Assembly (NCBI GenBank): GCA_051362555.1 | Contig: CM120643.1 | Coordinates: 16,310,848 to 16,374,847, forward strand | Source of the DNA: Lingula anatina | Lineage: Eukaryota; Animalia; Brachiopoda | DNA: 64,000 nucleotides | Direction of reading: 5' to 3' | Part shown: piece by piece, positions 36,390-49,656 of the stretch | Layout of the letters: each line of letters begins with the position of its first letter | How positions within the stretch are numbered: the first letter of the stretch is position 1 | Notes under the pieces: model-generated | The model's database searches: none | What the model was told of the DNA's origin: nothing | What the model saw: the letters and a program-made list of their open reading frames with translations, nothing else | Translations under genes and position numbers: made by a program

Positions 36390-37825
36390 ATGTTTTGTTT
36401 AAAAACCAACGCAAGGTGGATCCTTAGAGCAAGTAGGGTGAAGCCGGCAACTTTAGCGGATGAAATGTTCCCAAATGCGATAAATGTTTTCTTTTCTACC
36501 TGCTCCAAGGCGTTCGATTCGATGCGTAAGTTTCTCAGTGTTCTTCGATTCATATCCATTCGTTAAATTTTCACTTTATTTGTAATCATATACAGAATTG
36601 AACCATAACTGTTTAACCGTGTAATCTGTGTTTCTGCAAATCTGTAGTGTATTAACTTGATAAATGATAATGCATTTTCTCAGCATTTTAAAATCTGTCG
36701 TTTCCTTTCATCATAGATTCATACCATCATTTTCCATACCCATGGGCTGTACCCGTTATGTAATTCGAATCATAAAAGAAAATCGTTAATTTTTGGTTAT
36801 TAAATATATGATACCCGTGGTTTATGATATTCAGATGTATTTTTTATTATTATTGTTTCAGATTCCATCGGTACTACCATACTGAGGGCAGTAAATCCTG
36901 ATAAAAAATTCACTGTAAGTGAGCATGAAACTGATAACGTTGTTTACAGTCATGCAAACTGGCTTGTTACCATATCCTTTTTCATTTTCCCTCCCTGTGC
37001 CATCTGTTATTTCCTTTCTGTTTATTCTTTTTTTAAATCTTTTACTAAATCATGGTACAGTGCATCCTATTTACATCTCAAACTTTGGTAAATGAACTCT
37101 CACACACTGGTGTGCACAGGTCATCATGCAGCCAGCCCTTTGAAAAGCAGGGAGGGGAAATATTTTACTTAAAAGTTGAGCTGCTTTACCGCAACACTAC
37201 ATGTACTAGTATGTGTGTCCATAAAAAGTAGATCTCATTTCTTTAATCAGGAGACCTTTTTTCTCGGCAAAATGGGGACTCATTCTTAGGAACTATTCCT
37301 AATAAATTTTATTAATTTTAACTGAATGTGCACTACCTCTAGGGGGATGCTGAATGCATTCAGATTATCAGGCTTGCACACCTGGCATTGAGTAGAGTAT
37401 AGATATGTGGTGATTATAGGAATAGGTTGGAAACAAAAGGTGTGATTGCATTCAGCACAGGTCCCCAAGTTAGTGTAAGTTAGTCAGCAAAATTCATTCT
37501 GAACAGTGCTGCCCCCCCCTTCCCCCCTATCCTCCACACACGCACACCACACCACCACCACCACACCTTCTGTAAGATGTCTACAGTTATTTGAGCTATT
37601 TTGTAATCATGACACAATGTCATCATTGGTGGACTCGGTATATGAAGAAATGGGGGAGGGGGGCAACACAAAATGGGCAGTGTTTGGAAGCAGCAGTGTG
37701 TCTTGCAATGAAATGACTCCTTTGACTGCACACTTACTGTCTTCAGTAAGAAGGGGGTGCTTGTTCAGTTATATGTCTGTCAACTGTGATCATCCTTGGT
37801 TCATCTGAAAAAAAAATTAACACAA

Positions 37826-37873
<48 letters not shown>

Positions 37874-38179
37874 TCAAATTGTGAGACAAGTTGAATTTAG
37901 TTATCTTTGGTCTACAGTGAGCCTTTCTGGTGAACATCTGATATACGGTGCTTGATAAATATAGGCTAAATTATTACCACCTTTTATTATAACAAGATAA
38001 GACTAAATTAAATTTCTTTTGTTGTAGGTATCCGTAGAAGGCAATATAGGAAGTGGGAAGACAGCTTTCTTGGATTATTTTACAAAATATGAAAATATTG
38101 AGGTTTGTATACTGTGCATTTGCATTTGCCATGCAGGATTAGGAACCTATAGAACCATCCCCCCCCCCCCCCCCCTTTC

Positions 38180-38218
<39 letters not shown>

Positions 38219-41200
38219 TGATATTTATCTTAAAATTTTAAAACATTCTGCAATTTCATTTACAAGCAAAATTATGGTAATTTGTGAAGTACAGTGCTCA
38301 AGTAAAGAGATCACATTTATTACAACGTTCAGTATGGTAGATGTCTATTTTTATTGATGATTTGATGATATGAAATTTATTTGAAATTTTTGTATTTAAG
38401 GTCCATCAAGAGCCAGTAAATAAGTGGAGGGACATTGAAGGACATAATGCATTGGTGAGTTACCTTCTTTGCCAGCAGTTTCAAAGAGATAATGTATAAC
38501 AAATGGGTGCAGATGATCTGTCAAAAGAGAGTATTTATTGTGTCTGCCAAAGTTATTCTAGTAACATTATTGTTATACTACAAAAAGGTAACTTACTACT
38601 TTCTCCAGTGCAGATTTATGTAATCTCTGAAAATTTGCAGAATATTTTTTTTATCCCATAGCCGCTGTAAGCTATCTGTTAAAGGTTGACAGACTTGAAG
38701 GAAATGAAGCACTTGGTTTTTCATAACTCAGTGAACCATTTAATGTGAACACTTTGGTGATCAGATGTGGCTTATCATTAATATGGCATTTTCTCTCTTT
38801 GAATTAGATGAAGTGTGATCTCTAAGTCTGAAGACTATTCCTGAACTCTAATTTTCTTCTCCCTACAGTGTTCCTGTTATTTTATTAGTTTCTAAAATGT
38901 TTTGATACCATATTTTCTAGAGGAATAGTCTGATTTATAGCTTCATTCGGGTGAATTTTTAATTTTTATTTTTTTCAGAATATATTTCCACAATTTTTTA
39001 TTTAGATTCCCAGACAATCAATCACAAAGGCAACACTCCCACCCTCTACCCCCCTTGCAACCCCATACCAGGTGAAGTACTCACAACCACATTTCATTGT
39101 TTCAGAATTTGATGTACCAAGACCCCACCAGGTGGAGCCTCACATTCCAACATTATGTCCAACTCACCATGGCAAAAATCCACTCCCAAGAACAGGTAAT
39201 AATGACTGCTCACAGCGTGGCCTTAATAGTTATGTTCTGTTTAACTTGTAGGATCTCATGTACAAAGACCCTAAACGCTGGAGTCTGTGCCTTCAGAGTT
39301 ATATACAGCTCACTATGGTGGAGAGACATAAGAAGGAACAGGTAGAGTGGAACTAGCAGAGGAACCAAGATTTTAATAATAATTATAATAATGAAAATGT
39401 CCAGCCAAAATAAAATGATTTTGATGTTCAGCCAAACAAGTTTTTGAAAACTTTGTTTAAAAAAAAATTACAGGTGAATACTGGATAATAAAAGTTATGT
39501 TGTAGTTTGTACTGAAATTTATTTTAAGCTTTTGTCAAAATGTTTGCAATGGAAGCATCATATACAGTAATTAAGATTGTTTCATAAAAAGTGCACTTTT
39601 TAAAAATGGCCTTTAGATGTAAGAAGTAATAAGTTACAATGAGCTATCTAGTTATGGCCTTGATTTAATTTTTGGTAGATCTTTGAGATATCTATATAAA
39701 TTGGGGTCCAGATTAGTGACAATAGCTAATTTTTTTGCTTTTACAATAAAATTGCTTAATGTCTCCATTTGATGGAGAGATACTAAAATAAATCATTTCT
39801 CCTATTGCCTTTCTGTTTATTTAAAGCCCAAGCAAATTATTTGAAAAAGAAAATACCACATCACCTTAAGGGGTAATCTTACTATATTTTCCATTTCAGG
39901 TGAGACCTGTGCGCCTCATGGAAAGATCAGTTTACAGTGCAAAGTATATATTTGCTGAAAACCTGTACCAAAGGTATTTTAGTGCATCATGTTACCTGCA
40001 ACCTTCTTTATCATAATCACACAATATCTGTCACACTGTGACATCACACCTAATACATTTTGTGTTATGATATATGAGCAGATATTTTTTGCCTCAAGTT
40101 CTTTCTGTGCTGTATATTACCCTTGGTTGTTTTCCCCCTCTCTCATTAAATTAATTGTGCTTCTGTGCACACAGCAGTAATATTTCAAACATTACTATGT
40201 CAGACAGACATTTTCAAACTGGAGGGATGGACAAGTAGGTCGAGTTTACTACCAGAATTTGAAGAAGGTGAATTTTTTACTCCCTTTTTCTGGCTGGCAT
40301 GTGGCAGGCACTGATTTGTATACATTTCAGTTGTAATGGCACCTACTCTGGCTTTGTATTAATCTTTAAATTTAAGCCACATTGCTGATTTAAAAAGGAT
40401 ACCAATGACTCTCTTTAAATTTTCAGTGGGAAAATGCCTGATATAGAATATGTCATTCTTACTGAATGGTTCAATTGGCTTGTTTCCAAAGAATACTGCC
40501 ACATAGATTTAATAGGTAAGTAGTAGTTATACGCTTTGTATTTTAATTCAGTGATAGGGTGTAAGTTAACCCCTTTTGACAGGAATGTTAGACCTGGGAA
40601 TGGAAGTTTGTAGTCCTATACAATTTGTACAAGTTATGGTCAACCTAAAATACAAGGGTTATTATATGAAAAGAATGTCACCTGAACAAAGTATTGGGAA
40701 ACAGACTGTGGTTCCATGCTATTCTTGTCACAGCCTTCTTCAAGTAGCCAGTGCTACCTCGTTTCTTCTATTGATAGACCCTACCTGCCAAACTTTCCCT
40801 ATTTTTTTCTTATAGCATTAATTTCGGACTTACATTACATGGCCAGTAGAAATGGTTTAGAAAAATGTATTGCTGCATTATAATTGAGATATATGATGTT
40901 GTCAAGACATGCTGGAAACTTTTCTTAAAAAGCCAGATATTCAAAACAGCTTTTACAGAAAAAAGTTAAAAAGGGCCTCACCATAGGACTTTTTGGCAGA
41001 GTGAATGTAAGTTCAAAAAGGCATCTCCAAAGATTGTTGTTGGTCTCTTGGACTGAATGTGCATGTTTTTCTACAGGCCCTTTGAAAAAATGTATAAGTC
41101 ATGACTAGTTGGGCACACTTTCTAAAGGGGCAGTTTTGGGGAAGGGATAATGCAGGCTGCACTATGATTGCAATTGGTTTGGGCTCCCAAGATATGTTGA

Positions 41201-42564
41201 GTATATTGATAATTTTGGCATTTTTACACACAGTTCACTTAAAATAATATGTGCACCAAGTACATGTACCCACATATCTTTGGTTTCTGCATCTCAGATT
41301 TGAAGATAAAATATAGCACAGTTGCTGAGCCTACTTTAAGATTTTAGTGTGCAATGAAAGGTTTGTCAAATGGGGGGATAAGTAAGCTTAGCACCTGTGC
41401 AATATTTCATGGGCACATTTTGGAGGAGGAAGGTCAAGGTACATGAATGTAGTTACTTGGTGCACATGTCGTTTTAAGTGAGCTCTGCATATAAGGGACA
41501 AAATAGCAGAATTATTATTCAATTCAATGAACCTCTTTCTTGGCAGTTTAACCTCCTATGATGGGATCTGTTATCATCATATCACAAGGAGCAGAATTTG
41601 TCTTTCTTTAATAATCAAATTTAGAAAATGACATAAAAAAAACAATATCAATGGGTTTTAAATTAACAAAGGTATTCACAATCGTAACAGATTCTTAGCT
41701 TATTAAAAGAATGTTATGTATTGCAGTTTATCTAAGAACAAGGCCAGAAGTTGTTCATGAACGAGTGAAAAAGAGATGCAGAAAAGAAGAGAAAGCGATT
41801 CCCTTGGTATGTAAAACTTCAGCTAATTGAAAAAAGATGATGAACATAGTTTGTGTGTCAAGAGTGAAAACTATACTTGAGGTGAAATGGATTGGATAAT
41901 GTAACCTATGTTGTGTTGATATTTATGGAATTATATATATGCTGGAATAATAATCTGTATATTCATGTATCCTTGTAATTTTAGGAGTACCTAGAACATC
42001 TAAATGAGCTATATGAAAACTGGCTTATAAACAAGACATCTTTTCCTGTGCCTGCCCCTGTCTTGGTAAGTGGCTCTGACTTTTTTTTTACCCAGAGTGG
42101 TTTTTTTTTTGGCCAAAACAAAGAGTTATTATCCCTTTAAACTTAAATTTTTAAAGTACAGCTAAATACCCCTAGGCTGTAATGTTATCCCCTTCAAAGG
42201 GCATGAACTCCAAAATCAAAAGCACATTTTTTTTTATTTTGCAAAGATGAAAAGTTCACTCAAAATGATGTGTGCTTGGAGTAGCTACATGTAGCTTTCT
42301 TGGTTCCCTTAATTTTGGCACGTTCACCTCTGTACTCTCAATTTGCCCAGCTCAGTTGGCTCCTGTAGCTTTTCTACCAGGTTGTATATAGACTAAAAGA
42401 TATTGTTACTGTATGCTTGTCTCAAGGATATTTTTCTGCTTGTACTTCACAGCAATTTTTACTTTTTTTTTCTCTTTCAGGTTCTTGATGCAAACAAAGA
42501 TCTTTCCAATATGTGTGAAATTTATGAAGAAAATAAGAAACAAATTCTTTGTGGATATGGATGA
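36390..42564 (+). CDS. TK2: Thymidine kinase 2-like / deoxynucleoside kinase (mitochondrial), 10 exons, ~271 aa
   Basis: Exons 36390-36525, 36862-36914, 38028-38102, 38401-38454, 39106-39195, 39900-39973, 40427-40515, 41727-41806, 41985-42065 and 42481-42564, all in frame. Motifs: P-loop EGNIGSGKT, EPVNKW, MYQDPTRW, MERSVYSA, lid RVKKRCRKEE. Basic N-terminal presequence-like leader. Exon 1 is less certain. Confidence 0.88.
37829..37871. repeat. (CT)n microsatellite
   Basis: Direct reading. Confidence 0.9.
41230..41488. mobile_element. MITE (Tc1/mariner-like) in a TK2 intron
   Basis: Imperfect TIRs CAGTTCACTTAAAATAATATGTGCACCAAGTA / TACTTGGTGCACATGTCGTTTTAAGTGAGCTCTG. Confidence 0.6.
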
Positions 42565-45507
42565 AGTTGTTTAGGATATTGAGAGTTCATCACCAAAGAG
42601 TCTTACAATCAGTGAATTGTGCATTTGTCCAAAGCCAAGTGAGGGACTGTCAGCATTGTTTACTCATTTTTAAAGGAGAAATGAATACTGTAATTTTCAA
42701 TTCTAAGGAGACTGAGGAAAACAGATGGTCCAAATTCATTCTATTTCATCCTCAGTACAATGGCACGACATAAATGCTATTGACCTAAAACCTCTGCAAG
42801 GCAACAGCTCCTTTTTTATCATCTGCAAAAACACATAAAACAATTACGTGCAATTTTTAAAATGTCGGTTTTAACACCTGCCTCTGGTATATATGTTTGA
42901 TGTTACATTTCATGGAAATATGAGATTGAACTTAATCAGCTTTAAGACAAAATCAATATCACAATATAAGTCAATGGAGGGAAGAAGACCACAATTTTAT
43001 TAGTAGGGAGATATGCATGTCTCCGTGTTATTTGAGTTTGATGAAAGGATATTACTTGGTTTTTTGGAGGTAGTTGTAAAGGGTGGAACAATCAAGAGGC
43101 AACTACAAAGAGTGCTTTTAGTGGAAATCTTGTCTTCATATGTCATATTTTTGGGTCGGTTCTTAGAGCAAAATTGAAGTGATACTGAACAATTACAATT
43201 TTATTAATGGCATCCATATAACCGGTTCTGAATATTTTGCATGTGTCTTCAGACCTGGTAGATTTAACTGAATCTTGTAAAATTTGTCGGAGGTATTTAA
43301 TTTCTCTTTATGAAACCCACAGCACAAGACGCGTTGGTGTAGATAACATGATAACAACATGACTGCTTAATGATTAGGAGACATTTGAGAAAGGAGAATC
43401 TCACCACAAATATTTTGAACAACACCAGGTGTTATTTGTTTTATAATTATTTCAATAATGAGGGAATCCTAAAATCATCTGAAGGTCACTTGGTGGAATT
43501 TAGTTTCTGCATGAACCAACATGAGAATGTGTACACTTATCTGCTCAAGAAAGAAAATTGAGAATACAATTTTTTATGAAAGTGAAATATTTCATGTTTG
43601 TAGGTAAAAGTGCATGGTAAGGGCGTTGTTTCTGTGTTCTAATAGCAGTACTTGATGGAGTTGTCTCTCTGAACACATGCTCTCTCATCATGCTGTAGGT
43701 CATTAGGTAGGGTATCGAAGTTCAGGTCATTGTGCAATTATTTGCTACCCAAAAACATTTGGGTTCTTGTGAATATAGATGACTGACTGCTATTTTTCAT
43801 TACTTATGCTTTATCAAAAGAGGGTAGGAGTCTCATTGTATTTTAACATTATTTTGTATTAAGCAATTGTAGCAATTTTCATTGCCGTTTACCATTAACT
43901 TTTACTTTCATCAGTTCATTTTACTTGGTCAAGTTTTAAATTGTAAGCATAGTGACCATGAGAGAAGTTAAATGTTTTTCCATTTTGGTAGCTATCTCTG
44001 TGAATGACATTGTTTGTGGATTACTTAATATTTTTTAATATGATATACCTTGTCGCACAGTTCCAAGATTGTATAATAAACCATCATGTGAGGTCGCTGT
44101 ATTACATTTTGACTAGCAACATTTTATCTGTAACGGTTATTTTCGATTGAAAAACTTCATAATGATGAGTCAACATTTTCATTGACTCCCATAGGTTTTA
44201 ACGCGATCAATTACTAGGCCTCCGTATCAGCTAATCTAGTCTTTGTATTCTGAGATACTCCAGTTTTATTACTTTTTTTCTGCCATATTTCCTCTACATT
44301 GACTGCAACTAGATTTTAAAGGCTATTTCCTTGCTTGTGTGGAAGTTATTTCTGTTAAGCATTGTGTGTGTGTGTGTGTGTGGTTACCTGAGACCTTAGA
44401 GAGAGAGAGAAAGTGTCAGTCCAGAAAAAAAAAACGGAGATTGGATACCTTAAAAGTATTTCGTGCAATGTGATAGCAATAAATGTTTTCAAAAATGAAT
44501 ATGCTAGGATTGGTTTGTGTTATTTGCTGATACGTGCATCGCCCGAGTTGCAGAGCTTCCCGGTAATTCGCCATGAGAGTCGGGGGTAGGGCTTGGACCC
44601 GCCAGCCATGTATGAGAGATACAAGGGTGGAGGTATAATAGGATTTAGAACCGCCTTGTTATGGGGTGGATCTATGGTTATCTATGGTTTCAAGTGGAAA
44701 GTAGTGCCATGTAAATGCATACGACTCTTCGTTTCTTGTAAGGAAAATATATCAGAAGGTTAACCTTTTTTATTTTGAGCTATCGGTCTTAGTTTTCTGA
44801 CGTATTTACCAACCTTAAAAGGGGGAAGAATTGACAGTTTTCCATAATGAGTTATTGCAATTCACTTTTCAAGGACAACGACATGAATTACAACATTTTC
44901 ACCGGGGATAAATAACTACTGTCGCTGGCAAAAACAAAATAAGCGTCAGCTTAAAAAGGGTTGTCATCACTATCACAGTTGCGTGATAGCCGTTTAAACT
45001 CGATTGTGGCCATTTGTCTATATCATTTCCGCTGCCTGGATTTACAGAATTGTGAGACCCAAACTCCCAATGAAAAAAAACCTATAAAGTTTCCATATAC
45101 ATTTCTGAAAAAAATCACGTTTTTGGATTAATCGTTTAAAGAATATTTTGTTTAAGTGTTTGAAAAATATCCAATAATGTGATGTTTGAGTATCCGAAAA
45201 ATATCCAATGACCCTTTTATTAACTCAAAACGGCCACTTAAATTTTCATCGAAATGGTACCAGGACCATGCATGCTACGTCTTATCCAGGTTTTCTGACT
45301 ATTAGGTAAGCTGTCCAAGCATATATTACCTCGAAGACCATAAATACAACTCACAGAATATGGAATATTTTCAAGCTAATCTTCAATGTGGTTATGGATT
45401 TTAAAATTTTACATATTTTTCATAAAATGAAGAGTTATTGCTTATCCCACAAGAAGACCGACATAAACAAATTTTAGAACCTAAATAGCACTCAAATTTG
45501 CATTTAT

Positions 45508-45513
<6 letters not shown>

Positions 45514-45564
<51 letters not shown>
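45514..45564. repeat. (TA)n microsatellite
   Basis: Direct reading. Confidence 0.9.
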
Positions 45565-45566
<2 letters not shown>

Positions 45567-46654
45567 CATGAACTTTTCTGTGTTCTCCTCAACGCCTTTA
45601 ATCTATTAAACTGATTGCATTCAGGGTCTCTCCCCCGCGGAAATATGAGCCCTATAATGGAATAGGATGAGCCCTATAACGCGACGATGGTCGACACACG
45701 TGGCAAGCCAACGGCTCCGAGATTAACGTGATAGCATAGTGGCTGAACATCAATTTTGAAAACGACAGCGCCTTGTTTTAGATCAAGTTAAAAAAAGGAA
45801 GAAATGATTTTGCTGTCATTGCTCTACTTATGGAAATGTGTGTTTCACTGTGTTTTTGTCGATTATAGAAATTGGATTTATACATGAAATGCACATTAAT
45901 GATTACCGGTGAGTCGGGGAGAAAAACCTTAATTACATTCATTGTGCAGGATTAATAGAGATTTTCTTTTGTTTGTAGCACAAAGGTAAATTCGATGGCA
46001 AAGGCAATTAGCCAAGTTATAAAAAATGAAATGTTAAACAAAGGAGACAAAAACAATTGTTAGTAAAGCAAAAGGCCCCAAAGTAAATGGGCAGTCCCAG
46101 AACAATAGTGTTGCTACTACATTTTGTACTCCTTCATATTAAGCAATATTTGCTATTTTGTAGTCCAGATTCAAGATAGAGTGGAGAAAGAGAGGTCCTG
46201 CGTTGGACCTATTGTACACAAATAATTAATAAAATCATATAAAAAATAGAAAATGCATAAGTTAAATGTCATGGGAATGTTTATATTATCATGAAAAGTA
46301 AAGTAATATATGGTTAAATACGTACAAAAATTGTTGCATCAACAGACTGCGATTTGAAATACCAACTGATGTAAGAAGGTGGTGATTCGATTAAGGATAT
46401 ACAGTATAAACCGTTTGACATTTTGAAATTATTCTTACGCCTGAGCTGTAATTTCTGCAGTTGTTATAATTTTTTATTATTAAACGTTATTTATTTAGGG
46501 TATCGTAAATCTAAAATTTATCTTCCCCATGGCTCTACAAGTAAAGTGCATTCGTACGAAAATTAAATGACGAAAGAAATCATCTCTCCTTAACTAAGAA
46601 ACATACGTTTCCTCACATTTGTTCAACAAACTGTTTAGTGAAAAGACATTGTCG

Positions 46655-46877
46655 TGACACGTAAGGCTTCGGTTGCCTAGCAACGGTTCCTACGCATATG
46701 TCGTTCTTCCCGCAAGAGAGTCTTGTAGCTGATTGGCAGGTCTTCCCTTTGCTCACGGCTATAAACAACACCAGTACAGCATTTTCTCATACTTCGATCA
46801 GCAAAGGCTGCCTCTCATGGTTATTCTTTGGTGCGGACTAACAAAGCTATGCTGTACAGAGACAAGTACTATACTAG
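46655..46877 (+). promoter_or_regulatory. Putative GPCR promoter and non-coding first exon: RFX X-box, CCAAT, TATA
   Basis: GTTGCCTAGCAAC (46672-46684), GATTGG (~46731), TATAAA (46760-46765), donor AG|GTAAAG at 46877, and an acceptor T-rich..CGCAG at 47997 upstream of ATG 48079. Confidence 0.6.
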
Positions 46878-47833
46878 GTAAAGTGCATGAACACGTGGGT
46901 CTGCTCTGATGTCGTTTCAAGCATGCTGCAGGTCTTAGGTAATCATCATGACTTGTACTTTATATTAATATTGAATTTATAACAAATTTTGCATGAGTTA
47001 ACAATTGTTTCTTTATTAATAAGTATAGTATTTTTTCATACTATATTTGTTTAATCCTACTTTTCAATTTTGGTTTGTAAAAATGAATTATCTGTTGGCG
47101 GAAAAAATGTATTAGTATCCTTAACTTTCAACTTTGTGCCTGGGCTTATGAATCCTAGTGAGAAGGTTCAATTGGTTAGCTTTAAAGATCGTAAGGGACG
47201 CGTCTTGTTATTGTGAAAGGCAAAGGTAGGATAATATTTCTGCCAACACGTTTTAACCAAATGATCATTTCATAAATGTGCGTGCTAAACGATGATCTAT
47301 AAGACCTGATTTCACATCGAGCGCGTTAATGATAATTACTTTTGATGGCATATACTATCTGTTCAATCTATTTTTCCATTAGTCGACACATAACTTTCTA
47401 CAACGTGATGTGATACAAAACCCATGCGGCGGTTTTGACTTTTAATTTTATTGGTTCCTGTAGTATATACAAATCCTTATCTGAATAAGTACATATTCCC
47501 TGTTCCCGTTTTTTTTTTTTTTTTTTTTTTTTTTTTACGTTTGAAAATTTTTGGAAGATGATCCGCTTGGTCTCAGCCAGTCTTAAAGCGGGTGGGTTTA
47601 TTCATTGCACGCGCTAACAAATGCCAGGTATATGTATATTAGAGTGATGGCTTTTTTTCTCGGTGCATGATCTCGTTCTGCTAATATGAACTGCAAGGGG
47701 ATTCCAATAAACAGCCATAACCATTCGATATTGTATATGATATGTGTTTACTGCTGCAATCAATATTCTTAGATTACCACCTTATGTGTTGTTTTCTGCT
47801 GTTTGTATTATTGCACTGTCTTGTGTTTGTGCG

Positions 47834-47868
<35 letters not shown>

Positions 47869-48078
47869 CAAAGGCAAAGTATTAAACAGTTTGGAGATGC
47901 GCGTTATATTTCACAAATTAATCTAAGGATGAAAATGTATCCATACATAGAAAATAACCTTTAAGATTTATATAATTGGTGATTTTTTTTTACGCAGGCA
48001 AATAATGATGACGAAGTAACAGCAACAATATGAACGGAGAGACTGCGTAAGCGTAAAAAATACAATATACAATTCGTG

Positions 48079-49230
48079 ATGAATGTAACAGACGACTCAA
48101 CCAATGTATCCATTTGGTCCACTGTTACTTACAATCGCACCAGTAACTCCAGTGCAGGGGAAGACCGCCGGAGTTACCGAAACTTCTACGAATATCACGC
48201 CAGTGAACAGCTCTGGCTCATCGCCCCTCCCATACTGATCATATTTGGGACGCTGGGAAATGCGCTTTCAGTATGCGTTTTGTCCACAAAGAAGCTCCGG
48301 AACTTGACCACCAGTCTGTTTCTCATTGTGCTGGCCATAGTGGACACAACTGTCCTGTTTACCGGACTTTTGCGTTACTGGATCCGTCACCTTAGCAACG
48401 TTGACATCCGCCATCTATCGGCCGTGGGCTGCAAGGTGCACGTGTTTCTGGTATACACCAGCCTGGATGTATCTGTGTGGCTGCTTATGGCGGTCACGGT
48501 AGAGCGCTTTCTTGCCGTGTGTTTTCCATTTCGGGTAAAACAACTGTGCACAATTGACGTTGCTAAGGTAACAATTGTCACCATCGTCGCCGTTCTTTCC
48601 CTCGTGAACTGTCACTTCTTCTGGACGATGGGTGACGTGGAATACGTGATCGGCAACAAGACGTACACGCAACGCTGCACCTATGCCGATGTGAAATACT
48701 ACGCCTTTATGACCAAAATATGGCCGTGGATAGACTTTTGCATCTTTTCACTTATTCCACTGACTTTAATGTTGCTCTGCAACATATCCATCACCGTTGG
48801 ATTGGGGAGATCATACTACCGCCGAAAGCATTTGCCACTGCAGGGGGACCATCCCGCCAGCGACGTCCGTATGACCACTATGACGGCAATGTTAATGGCT
48901 CTAAGCATCGTCTTCATAGTTACCACCGTCCCTATCGCCGCGTACCTGATCGGCCAGCGCGAGTGGACCAAAAACGCCGACAGTCACACGATAGCAAAGC
49001 TCAGCCTCGCCTGGGCTATTGTTAACATCCTTCAGTATTCGAACAATGCCTGCAACTTCTTGCTTTACTGTCTCAGCGGGCCGCGCTTTCGGAAGGCGCT
49101 GACGGAAATAGCTTGTGTGAGGTGCTTCAGAAATAAAGTGCATCCCGGGAACACGGCCACCGCCGGGTCAACGACTGCTGGGGTAGATTACCCCAGAGAT
49201 CAGCCAAACTCTGCAGAGACCTGTGCATGA
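48079..49230 (+). CDS. Intact single-exon-CDS class-A GPCR (GPR139/142- or FMRFamide-receptor-like orphan peptide receptor), 383 aa
   Basis: Seven hydrophobic segments; FGTLGN (TM1), LAIVD (TM2), GCK...VTVERFLAVCFP (TM3), NNACNFLLY (TM7); N-glycosylation sequons. An in-frame stop lies upstream of ATG 48079. Confidence 0.93.
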   Translation: MNVTDDSTNVSIWSTVTYNRTSNSSAGEDRRSYRNFYEYHASEQLWLIAPPILIIFGTLGNALSVCVLSTKKLRNLTTSLFLIVLAIVDTTVLFTGLLRYWIRHLSNVDIRHLSAVGCKVHVFLVYTSLDVSVWLLMAVTVERFLAVCFPFRVKQLCTIDVAKVTIVTIVAVLSLVNCHFFWTMGDVEYVIGNKTYTQRCTYADVKYYAFMTKIWPWIDFCIFSLIPLTLMLLCNISITVGLGRSYYRRKHLPLQGDHPASDVRMTTMTAMLMALSIVFIVTTVPIAAYLIGQREWTKNADSHTIAKLSLAWAIVNILQYSNNACNFLLYCLSGPRFRKALTEIACVRCFRNKVHPGNTATAGSTTAGVDYPRDQPNSAETCA

Positions 49231-49656
49231 AAAGCGCAATTTTTCTTTGTAAAATTCTGAAAGATCATATGTTGTTATGTTTTTATTATGCACATTAAAT
49301 GAAAATGGATGTTCAGTTACATTAACTAGCTTTCTTTGCTAGTACGACACAGTTTTAAATATTAATCACATTGCAAATAATATATATTCAGATATCTGTT
49401 TCAGTTCTAAGAAAATGTGGATTAATTTATATTTATAAGTAAGTCTGTAGAAATAAGTCATTTGTAGTATCAGTTATACCGATTACGTTATTTGTTGGTA
49501 TTTTTTCAGTTTTCCGCAGGAAGATTGCTGTTGAGTTTTGTGCTATTTTCTTTCTTGCAATGGGCAATTTGATTTAAAAAACGTTGTTATGACGTTTTCA
49601 GCAACATGACCATGGACTTGCTCTTTCACAAAGTCGAGGTTATTTTTATACTTTAT

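Noticed and set aside
48387-49143. Antisense and alternative-frame ORFs over the GPCR
   Set aside because: Shadow ORFs of a GC-rich CDS with no independent motifs.
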